Part shown: positions 31,515 to 41,300 of the stretch, one piece after another
Numbering within the stretch: position 1 is the stretch's first letter
Layout of the letters: every line of letters begins with the position of its first letter
Assembly: GCA_977017575.1 (NCBI GenBank)
Contig: CDRNVI010000044.1
Coordinates: 124,001-188,000 of the forward strand
DNA length: 64,000 nt
DNA from: Paramoeba atlantica
Lineage: Eukaryota; Protista; Discosea
Direction of reading: 5' to 3'
Program-made: the position numbers and the translations under genes
Notes under the pieces: generated by a model
The model's database searches: none
The model's input: the letters and a program-made list of their open reading frames with translations, nothing else
What the model was told of the DNA's origin: nothing

Positions 31515-31675
31515 TATTAAAATAATAAAACGAAAAAAAACATTATTTCCTACCCCCCACACTCCATGCCCACCCACCCCGACGGCGACACCCTCTGCGA
31601 CCCCTCCCAACCCCTTCCCCGCCGTATCCGCGCCCTCCACCACCTGCGTGATCCCGACTGCCCTCTCCCCCTCCC
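31515..31675 (+). pseudogene. Duplicated 5' fragment of DOHH
   Basis: 31566-31675 matches 33507-33616 with 4 mismatches in 110 nt, and the upstream A-rich leader is also similar. It is truncated after about 37 codons. Confidence 0.9.
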
Positions 31676-31679
31676 ATTC

Positions 31680-32060
31680 ACAATGACATTAAACTCGCGG
31701 GCTAGTTGCCTTGTCGCAACCCCTTGGCCAAGCCTCATGCGCAATAACACTTTTCCGCCTTCTGCAAGATCACCCCTGGGGAGTCGATACGTGACAAAAA
31801 CGCGTTTTGTCCGCGTCTTCACCTTATAAATCTCTGCAGGCTTACCTGTATGATACAATATACGCACACGGCTCCATTGTCCAAAAACAGAACTGCGCCC
31901 CAACCATCAAGAGATGCATCTGTAAACAAGACCGCTTTCTCTGAAATGAACTTTTGATATTTTCGCCAATGGTTTGGTTGCACCTTCTGGCACCTCTCTT
32001 TTAATTGTCCAAGCGCAACAGAAGGGCGTTGCAGGTCAGTACTGTCGTGTAGCATTCCTT
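31680..32060 (-). mobile_element. Degenerate DIRS-order (TATE/VIPER-like) retroelement fragment
   Basis: The minus strand reads AVLFTDASLDGWGAVLF, a DIRS-type RNase H start motif. A possible tyrosine-recombinase-like segment follows in another frame. Confidence 0.55.
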
Positions 32061-32065
32061 TATTT

Positions 32066-32605
32066 AGAGGGGTGAAACCTGTTAAGTCTTGCCGGGTTTT
32101 GCCAAGTTTTGCCTGGTTTTGCCAGGACACCTATTTTATGGGGCGTCATTTTTAGAGCCGTGTCACGGCTTCAAGAAGGGGTATCTTGTGAAAACAACGG
32201 CGTAGAAAACTAGTATAGGTCCCAAACTCTCAAACTACTATAGTGAAACGATTTTATGAAACTATTTTTCAAGCCATGTTTTTCGCCAAGTTGGCCTTTT
32301 TTCCAATTTCTTTTCAGAAAAAACCGAACTTGGCGGCCCCGTCCTGTTGATACCAGGGGGAGTCGTCCCCGAGTACGGGGGTGGAAAATGTGCGCCAAGA
32401 CCCCCGATACCCTTTCTGGGGGTTTATTTCGAAAAATGGTTTTTTTCAAAATTTTCATTTTTTGTGGCGCGAAAATGTTTTGCAGCGCACGATGGAGACC
32501 ATGTATGTTCTTCACTATTTTTTTGACAAAGTACTTTTCTTTGCCACGTCAATGAGGAATATGCGGGTTTTGCCAGGTTTTGCTTTTCATAGGTTTCAAC
32601 CCTCT
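32066..32605. mobile_element. Candidate MITE with 15-bp AGAGGG(G/T)TGAAACCT TIRs
   Basis: 32066-32080 vs reverse complement of 32591-32605 match 14/15. GTTTTGCC(A/T)(A/G) decamers lie near both ends. No TSD found. Confidence 0.45.
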
Positions 32606-32632
32606 TAGATTGGACACTTGTCGTTTCATGTA

Positions 32633-33357
32633 CTGTACCCCCCCTCCTTAATTGTCTCCGCTTTTCGGGAAAAAGGACAATTAAATAGGGGGGGTGCAAA
32701 ATTTGAAGAAAGTAGGGAGAAAAAAATTAGCCCCGCTTCGCGCCGCATGTTTCACTCTATGCTACTATCTGCTATTATTGTTCTTGTGTAAGCGTAGGTC
32801 CAATGGAGACACTAAAAAATTCGCGATGGGTCCCACTAGAGGATTTTCTAGAGGCCCTACCCGAGGGACAGGAGGCCGTATTCTCACTCAACGCCCCAGA
32901 GGACCAGTAACCCGTTGTTCATTGGAGGTAGTTCCCTTGTCCGATGAATGGGGCTCTGAGGGAGAGTTGCCATTTCCAGGAAGGGGGGAGATGAAGGGTA
33001 ATCACCGGGAGCATTAACGTTTTCCGGAAGAGAGAAAGATGAATGGAAGTCAACTGAAAGGTTACCATTTTCCGGTAGGGGAAGAGATGAAAGGGATTGG
33101 CTGGACGGCTTAGCCATCATACCAATCGGTTCCTACCTCGGAGAACCATCAGTGCAAAAGAGTAAAAAATGAGTCAAATATTGTGTAACAAGATGTAATA
33201 CGGTGCCCGTAGGACGTATATCACATTACACTAGAAAATGAAAAAATGAACAGAAAAAATCGGCGTCGCTTCGCGGCGCCTCGTGCCCAAGGCTCTGTCA
33301 AAAAGGACAATTAAGTAGGGGGGGTAGACGGGTGACAATTAAGTAGGGGGGTTACAG
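32633..33357. mobile_element. 725-bp non-autonomous TIR element (CTRT..CCCCCC family)
   Basis: TA|CTGTACCCCCCCTCCTTAATTGTC ... GACAATTAAGTAGGGGGGTTACAG|TA, with subterminal repeats and CGCTTCGCG motifs near both ends. Confidence 0.8.
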
Positions 33358-33506
33358 TACTTGATGGCCCAGTCCACAATAGCCGATTGCCAACAATATA
33401 TGTCTTTATTCGTTTACCAACAATAGATGATTGCCAACCCTAGACGTACCCCCCCTTTATTAAAATCAAAAAACAAAAAAAACATTATTTCTACTCCCCA
33501 CCCTCC

Positions 33507-34508
33507 ATGCCCACCCACCCCGACGGCGACACCCTCTGCGACCCCTCCCAACCCCTTCCCCGCCGTATCCGCGCCCTCCACCACCTGCGTGAACCCGACC
33601 ACCCCCTCCCCCTCCCCGCCCTCCGCCGCACCCTCCGCGACGCCTACACCCCCTCCCAGGGCGTACTCCTCCAGCACGAGCTCATGTACGTGTTGGGGCA
33701 AATCGGCACCCCCGACGACGTCGCGTTCCTTTCCGATATAGTCGCCGACTCCGCGCTCGATGTCGTCACCCGCCACGAGGCCGCGGAGGCTCTCGGGGCG
33801 ATTGCCTCCGCGGAGGGCACGCGGATGCTGGAGAACGTGAAAGCGGTCTATGCCGTGCGACAGGATCTGGGCCCCGACGCCGCGGCGGAGTTGGATGAGA
33901 TGGGGGTCATGAAAGTTCCCGTGGAGTTACTCCAGACGTGTGAGCTCGCCCTGCGACGTATGGAGGAGGTACGGGAGGGGAGGTGCGCACGGGGTGTGGG
34001 GGAGGGGGAGAGTGCGTACACGAGTATTGATCCCGCACCCCCGCATACGAATAGAAATGTGGAGTGGAATCGGGAGGTGTTGGCGGGGAGGCCAGGGAGG
34101 GAAAGGGAGGAAATCCCCTCGTTGTATGAACGCTACCGCGCCATGTTTCGTCTTCGTGAGGAGAATGATGTCGCGGGGCTTGCTCAGGTGTTGAAGACGG
34201 ATACCTCCTCTGCGTTGTTACGGCATGAGATTGCGTTTGTTCTGGGACAAATGCAAAGTCCTGGGAGTGCGGAGGTGTTAAAAACGGTGCTTCGTCGTTG
34301 TGGGGAACACCCGATGGTGCGGCATGAGGCTGCGGAGGCACTGGGAGCCGTCGCCACAGCCTCGTGCTGGGATACGATTAAGTATTTTGCGAACCCGAAA
34401 CATGAGAAGTGTGCGCTCGTGCGTGATTCGTGTGTGCTAGCGCTTGACATGTATGATTACTACACGGAATGGAAGAATACACACACCGCGTCCACCCGTG
34501 TGTCGTAG
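33507..34508 (+). CDS. DOHH: Deoxyhypusine hydroxylase
   Basis: Four HE motifs in HEAT-like repeats: QHELMYVLGQ, RHEAAEALGA, RHEIAFVLGQ, RHEAAEALGA. Confidence 0.95.
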   Translation: MPTHPDGDTLCDPSQPLPRRIRALHHLREPDHPLPLPALRRTLRDAYTPSQGVLLQHELMYVLGQIGTPDDVAFLSDIVADSALDVVTRHEAAEALGAIASAEGTRMLENVKAVYAVRQDLGPDAAAELDEMGVMKVPVELLQTCELALRRMEEVREGRCARGVGEGESAYTSIDPAPPHTNRNVEWNREVLAGRPGREREEIPSLYERYRAMFRLREENDVAGLAQVLKTDTSSALLRHEIAFVLGQMQSPGSAEVLKTVLRRCGEHPMVRHEAAEALGAVATASCWDTIKYFANPKHEKCALVRDSCVLALDMYDYYTEWKNTHTASTRVS

Positions 34509-34787
34509 TTTTTTAGGTGATGGGATAGAGAGGTAGAGGGGAAAGGACATTGGGATGAAAAAAATCTTACCATTAAACTGTAGGAATTACAACAAGCAAA
34601 GCTGCATACAAATTCATAGAACACTGATACAATACGTGACTCTTGTACAAATTTAACATTATTTACAGTACAGTTTCTCGTTTGAAGGATACGCTTTCAA
34701 TATGGTTGCTTTGACGAAAGCGTAATGTAATCCTTATAGGAACGTAGGACGCGACTCCACAAAAGCAGATCCCGAAAATTCGAACAC

Positions 34788-37526
34788 ATGGAGGCAGTAT
34801 CGCCGAATTACGTGCGCAATTTTTGCATGTTAGCCCATGTGGATCACGGAAAGACAACCTTATGTGACTACCTTGCAGCGCACTGCGACATTGTCTCCCC
34901 CGCCATGGCGGGTAAGGTACGATACCTTGATGTCCGCAAGGATGAACAAGAAAAACTGATTACGGTAAAGACATCCTCTCTTGCTCTTTCCTTTCAAGAT
35001 GACATGTATAATCTGGTTGACTCTCCTGGGCATGTTGAGTTTGGTGTGGAGGTTAGCATTGCTCTTCGACTCTGTGACGGGGCTCTGGTGGTCGTTGACG
35101 TGATTGATGGAATTACGTCGCAGACACAGAGTGTACTCCGGCATGCATTCGAGGAAAACATTTCTCTCTGCCTCGTGTTAAATAAAATTGACTTACTCTA
35201 CAGTTCATTACAATTATCCCCGACTGAAGCAGAGTCCCATCTGTGCACGATTGTGGCGAATGCGAATACGTTTATGGACACACTGTCGGAGGAAGCTGCA
35301 ACGTTTGATGCGCTACCTCAAGTAAGATCGACAGATATTCAAGACAATGCAACCTCCGAAGAATGGTTCTGCCCAATCAAAGGTAACGTTGTTTTTACTA
35401 GTGGACTATGGGGATTCGGGTTCTCTCTTCATGATTTTGCAACGCAGTACGAATCCAAATTTGGATGGAAAGCAGAGAAACTACTCAAAGGGCTATGGGG
35501 GCCGTACACGATCGATAAGAACAAGCAAACAATCGTTCCAACCGATCCGGGGCGTAGATCTCTTTTTGATCGTCTTATAATTAGTACAATGTGGAGAATG
35601 TTTGACTGTACGTTTTCCACACCCTTCAACGAGAAGGCTCTGACGGATCTCTTGGTTTCTATAAAAGCGGTCGACCCGAGCACCTCGCTTATTTTTAAAA
35701 AAGACAAGGATGAGTTGACGAAGCATATCATGTATTCATGGCTGCCATTGGCTCGTTGTTTACTGGAGGCCGTTAAGATGCAATTGCCAAGTCCTATACA
35801 TTCCCAAAGACATAGATTAGAACGACTTTTTCCATCGTACACGTTTTCAAAAGATTTAGCATCTGATGAAAGTGCGCGCTTTTCGGAAGCTCATCAAGGA
35901 AGCTCTTCAAAAGACATTTTGAGACACATTGGAAGATGTGACGACTCATCGTTGTCTCCAACCTTTGCCTACGTTGTAAATTTAGTAGAGATTCAAGAAG
36001 AAAATGAGGCAGTCCTATTTGGCCTAACCCGAGTTTTTTGTGGGGCAATACGCAAAGACCAACGACTGTATTTTCATTCAGATGAAAAACAAGCAAGTTC
36101 CGACAATACTGAATCAGATTCTAACTTAGTTTCACGGGTTGCTTTTTTCTGTGGGGGGAGCCTGCACAATGTAGAGTCGGTCTCGGCGGGTTCTATTTGC
36201 GCAATCGGTGGACCAATTGTTTCACGCCTTTGTAAATGTGCTACGCTATGCTCGGAGCCGTCATTCCCTTCCATGCGTAGCATTGCTCGACCAGTAGAGA
36301 GTGTCATGCAGACGGTCATTCGAGCCAAATCTGTAAAGGATATTAACACACTATCGTCTGCGTTGCATAAACTAAATCGTATGGACCTTCAATTGGATAT
36401 TCATGTCCGTGACTCAGGCGAATACATCATGAGTACCGCCGGTGAGGTGCACAACGAAAGATGCGTGACGGACCTTTTATCTCTCACTCAAGAGATAGAG
36501 TTAAACATTGAAGAACCCACCGTTTCCTTTAGAGAGACTTTGACAAAAGGAAGCGTCACTTATTTGTCTGAAGAGGTGACGTGTGTTTTGGTGGAAGGCA
36601 TAACGATCAGTCTCCTTGCCATACCTATGCCATGCATTCCGTCACGAACTATGGAAGACTACATCAAGCAATATGACTATGTCAGCTCCGATATTCTAGA
36701 ACCTTTGAAGGAGAAGCTGAAAAAGAGTTTGGAAGACGAACAAGGAATGAAAAAACGAGAGCTCAGATTCTGGACAGAGGCCATTTCCAATCTTACTTGG
36801 CTGGGACCGCCACAAAGCCATTTTTCAAACGCGCTTTTCATCAGCCCTACTGTCTCTGAGGTACTAACGAAAACAGGCACTGTCGGCTCCTTTTGCTCTG
36901 GCTTTAATCTTGCTATGTCCTCCGGACAACTTTGTGGAGAACCCTTGACCGGCATTGCGACAATTGTTTCCGACCTTACTGTGCCGGATCAGTACCTTGG
37001 ACATGAGAATAAATTATATGAGTTGCTTACAGGATCTAATATTGGAACTGCAATGCGTCGTGCATGTGAGTCTGCTATCGCACAAGGAGCAAGTAGTCTC
37101 GTAGAGCCTGTTTACAAATGTGAGATCAGATGGTTTGGCGAGGGCATCCAGGGAGCCATCACTTCACTCATCAAACAGCGTCGAGGCTGTATAACAGATG
37201 TGGAAGTATTTTACGGGGAAAGTACTTTTTCTCAAAGGTTCATAATGCAGTGTCGTATTCCTATTGTTGAAAGCATCGGTTTGGTGCAGTCCCTGCGCGA
37301 GTGCACAAGTGGGAAAGCAACTTGTTCTTTTTCCACTGCTGGGTGGAAGATTGTTAATAACGCCCAACAATGTACATCCCCAGAGAGGGGTTCTTTTCTG
37401 TCTGATTCCAATGATGACATTATTCGAAAACTCCTCAGTAAAATTCGAATAAGCAAAGGAATATCTTCTGAGATCCAACTTCCAGTCGAAGTAGAAAAGC
37501 AGAAATTTTCTACCCGTGGCACATAA
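34788..37526 (+). CDS. EFL1: Elongation factor-like GTPase 1 (Ria1)
   Basis: RNFCMLAHVDHGKTTL, RYLD..EQ..ITVKTS, LVDSPGHVEF, NKID. EF2-like domain order but no diphthamide loop recognised. Confidence 0.88.
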   Translation: MEAVSPNYVRNFCMLAHVDHGKTTLCDYLAAHCDIVSPAMAGKVRYLDVRKDEQEKLITVKTSSLALSFQDDMYNLVDSPGHVEFGVEVSIALRLCDGALVVVDVIDGITSQTQSVLRHAFEENISLCLVLNKIDLLYSSLQLSPTEAESHLCTIVANANTFMDTLSEEAATFDALPQVRSTDIQDNATSEEWFCPIKGNVVFTSGLWGFGFSLHDFATQYESKFGWKAEKLLKGLWGPYTIDKNKQTIVPTDPGRRSLFDRLIISTMWRMFDCTFSTPFNEKALTDLLVSIKAVDPSTSLIFKKDKDELTKHIMYSWLPLARCLLEAVKMQLPSPIHSQRHRLERLFPSYTFSKDLASDESARFSEAHQGSSSKDILRHIGRCDDSSLSPTFAYVVNLVEIQEENEAVLFGLTRVFCGAIRKDQRLYFHSDEKQASSDNTESDSNLVSRVAFFCGGSLHNVESVSAGSICAIGGPIVSRLCKCATLCSEPSFPSMRSIARPVESVMQTVIRAKSVKDINTLSSALHKLNRMDLQLDIHVRDSGEYIMSTAGEVHNERCVTDLLSLTQEIELNIEEPTVSFRETLTKGSVTYLSEEVTCVLVEGITISLLAIPMPCIPSRTMEDYIKQYDYVSSDILEPLKEKLKKSLEDEQGMKKRELRFWTEAISNLTWLGPPQSHFSNALFISPTVSEVLTKTGTVGSFCSGFNLAMSSGQLCGEPLTGIATIVSDLTVPDQYLGHENKLYELLTGSNIGTAMRRACESAIAQGASSLVEPVYKCEIRWFGEGIQGAITSLIKQRRGCITDVEVFYGESTFSQRFIMQCRIPIVESIGLVQSLRECTSGKATCSFSTAGWKIVNNAQQCTSPERGSFLSDSNDDIIRKLLSKIRISKGISSEIQLPVEVEKQKFSTRGT

Positions 37527-37761
37527 ATCTTTGTAAAATGACAACTAATAAGTGAGTAAATTACAGGTGGAATTTCCAAAGCTTGTCTCTGGGAGGCAGT
37601 ACAGTTTCTTATGATACACCTACCACAGTGACACTATACCGAAATATATCATTTTCTATCACATACTACCACTTACTACCACAGTACCAGCACTACTTAC
37701 GTGGTATTTCGTGTGCATTTCGAATTTTAGTTTCACCAATCTACATAACACTATTTGCGCA

Positions 37762-37935
37762 ATGTACAACCCGTTTAAGGCTATGTATAACCCCTTCAAG
37801 GCTAGACCCACGGCAGCGAAAATGATATTTGGAACCTATGCCTTAATGTTGGTGCTATTTTCCATCAATCGGTTTATCGTTGCTCCTCGATTTCGAGAGG
37901 CAGCTCAACGGCGGGAAAATACATCTCAAAGGTAG
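37762..37935 (+). CDS. 57-aa single-pass membrane microprotein
   Basis: MYNPFKA x2, where the two 21-nt copies differ only at three synonymous third positions. One hydrophobic helix (MIFGTYALMLVLFSI) and a basic tail. Same strand as its neighbours. Confidence 0.65.
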   Translation: MYNPFKAMYNPFKARPTAAKMIFGTYALMLVLFSINRFIVAPRFREAAQRRENTSQR

Positions 37936-38311
37936 AACTGTTTTAATGGTGCATCGTCGTTCTGCATAGATTGGATTTGTCAGTTAACCTTACTTCTTGG
38001 ACACTGTCTTTTTTTCTTGCTGATCTTCTATCGAACACCATTTCATTGAGATTCAAATCCAAGCGATATGTATTAAAAAGGACCATGAGACGTCGTAAAG
38101 AAATTCACAGCGTCTACATACAAAACACTATGCATACAACTCCTTTAGTATGACGGATGAATTCGCGTATGCGCTAAAATGTATTACATTATTATGTAAT
38201 TGTGAGAATTTTTACCTTGTTCTACTTGAGACTATTAATCCATGCAACTCTAAGCAAGGAATAGAAACGTGCAACGAATCATCACACGGGTGTTGAATTC
38301 ATAGATTAAAA

Positions 38312-41300
38312 ATGTCGTGGTTAAAGGCCGCTCACGTAATGTGCCACTTTTCAGGTTGCCTACATGACAATAGTAGAAGTCGTGACGCTATTGCGGAAAC
38401 AAGCGATTTATCACACAGCACACATGGATGCTTTTGGACAGAACAGCGTCACATCATCCTTATTGCACTTACAACGTGTATTTCAAATTCTATATTCAAC
38501 TTTACGGGTGTGAACGCACGCTCAATACATAGCTTGTCACGAAAATATTCACACGCCTATCACCTTCAATCATTTTTCAATTTTGCACAGAAATTTCATC
38601 AACCACTCTCAGTACGGGGCAGTGCCATTCAACACATTAAATCACAAAGATTTCATTATTCTTTAATCCCTTGTGGCAATCTAACGTTAGCCCTTGCTTC
38701 GAATTTCAAATCTCAGGCCGGAAAAGTGACATGCAGTGATGTTGGCTTAGAGAGATTTGTTTCGGAGTGGGACGAACATGAACCAAGTTCCGCTTTGTTT
38801 AGATGTGACCTCTATGCTGACGCAGGGGGGGCTGTTTTTCGAGATGAAAAGACTGGTTCGTGGTTGTGTGCTCTCCTCGCAACTAGACGCGTGTCAGCAC
38901 GCAGTGTTCCAATCTCACAAACCCCAGCGCAGTATTTCCTTAGTATCTTAAGTACTTGTAATATTGAACAAAATCGCAACCTCCTGCAGTCTTCCCGGCA
39001 CTCAACTGAAACACAAAAACCTTTCTGTACCTTTTTGCCCCCATTTCCGATTATCTTGCAAACCTACCACGTCCATCACTCACGGGTCCGATCCTTGCAA
39101 CATGTTGCTTCAACGCAGTGTTGTACCTCGAGTGCCCATGATGGGGAATCTTACAAAGACGGTGTTCTATGCGATACCTCGAAGCTTGCGGCAGGACTGC
39201 AAACATCTCGAAGAATGCAATCCCCTGACAAGCAGAGATATTTGGCTCCGTCACAAATCTCTGAAGACATGATTGATTATTCACATTTACGACTTACTCC
39301 AGTTTCTGACCCACGTCCATTAAATTTCGACCACTCTATTCGAGAAACTTCGCAGGCATGTAGGCTACTCATCCAATATAGTGCTCATCTACATGTGACA
39401 GAAAGGCTTCCTTTCAGTCAGAGCACTTTCGTAAGCGACAACCTCGATTTAGGAGATACTTCCGATGGGCACGCGAAAAGCCGTGATGAAGAGGAAACGT
39501 TTCCTGATATTGCTGCGTTTTATCTTGAACTTCAGGAAACTATTTTGCTACGTGCACGTTTTAGCACTTCTCGGAGTGTTTATAAAATCGAGTTCTTCAA
39601 CACCCGGACGGCAAAATCATATTCACACATCGTCATGCGAAATCACCATACATTACAACGACTTCTAATTGAGACTTCAAACTACCCAGTTTTACTCCTC
39701 TTGGCTGCGGACAGTGCGACTGAGACGACCATACGCAATCTCTTTTTAAAGGAAAAGCAACCCAAAAGTAGTGTACTGGATTTTTTTGTAGTCCACGGTC
39801 AGAAAAAGTTTGGCAAATTAGTATACACGCTATCTGCTACCGAGTGTCAATTGCTTCCGCTACCTACAGAATATGCAAACGCAGCTGCACCTTGCGCGAT
39901 GCCTTCGGACATTACGATTGGCAAGTATAGCAAACTTTGCGATACCTGGAACACATGGGTGGCACGATTTCAGACGGACCTGTCTCTAAAACGGTATCTA
40001 GTACATTGCCTAAGTCTTCAAATAATGCAAAAGAACGACTGCAAAAGAAGTCCGGTTCCTGACTATCATTTAGTGGACAATCATCAAGGGCATCTGACAA
40101 GCACTTACTCCACAGGATGTAATCCCCACATCCAACCTATGTTTTCGGCGCCTTTTTCCCAAGCCGAACTGCATTTGTCACTCTTGCCATCCGGTATTTT
40201 AAGTAAAATCAGTGGATACACATCTTCAGTAATACAACAGCCTTTCATTCAAATCGATAGCACATCAATGCAAAAGCGTGCTACTAGCCTTATTAAAGAT
40301 CAGTTACAAGATTGTTGGTGTTCTTTCAAAGAAAAGGGCTCTTGTGTTAGTGGAGCAAGGAAACGATTTTCTTCGTATTGGAGCGCTTTGAGTCAATTAC
40401 CTGAGAGACGTCAAAAAGAGGATTCGCTGAAAGACGCATACTTACGACGTGTGTGTTTTGTTTGGGTATCACACAGCTTTCGCCTTGGATTGTGGATTTA
40501 TCAATTTCCTGAAAAAGACCTCACACCAGCCGAGAATGAAACGTCTGGTTTTCTCAAGTCTATTCTCCCTATAGCGTTTTGGCTCAACAACAATTATTCA
40601 GGTGAAAGCTTTACTATGCACATGACACGTAATTCTTGTCTTCTTCATCAGCTTGGCGCGATTGGACAATCTGATTTTGAGTACTTCTGCTATAATATAG
40701 AAGATTTATTGGAAAACACTCTACAAATTGACTTACTTCAAGAAATCCTTGCAAATGTGGATGTCATTGTGGGGCACGATTGGACGAGAAAAGAGCGTAT
40801 CCCAAGTAAAATTCCGCCACGGGATGGCATAGAAAAAAGCGTGCATGATTCAGAGGTTTCTATATTAAAGCTCATTCTATCAAAGCTCTATTTTCGAATA
40901 CCGCCTCGGTTGTGGTGCATAAACTACGCAACACAAATACTATCCGGCCATTTATGCGCTGCACCGCTTCCTTTTTCGGGTATTTATCATAACGATCACA
41001 CCATCGGTCCGAAATTGGTCCCTTTAGAGGCACAGTTTCTTGTTGAAATTTTCTACCATCAAGTGTCCTGTGCAACCCAAGGTCAATGCCTCATTCATCT
41101 GTCTCAAATGATGCTGGGATTGTTCCTGAGTATTAGGATAGCGGGGAACGGTGTTCGTTGTCTGTATGAAAATGGGGAGCACACGAGAGCTTCGTCGATG
41201 CTAGCACTGGAAAAGGAGGTGAGGGATGAACAAATTAGTGCTGAAACATCTGCAAGTGAATTACTGAAAGATTCCGCGATATTTCCTGATCGTTTGCTTC

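Noticed and set aside
32630-33360. Ginger-type reading (TGT...ACA ends with 4-bp GTAC TSD)
   Set aside because: GTAC is palindromic, so the reading is ambiguous. Other family termini read CTAT (9622, 12258, 31225), which favours TA flanks with a C-start.
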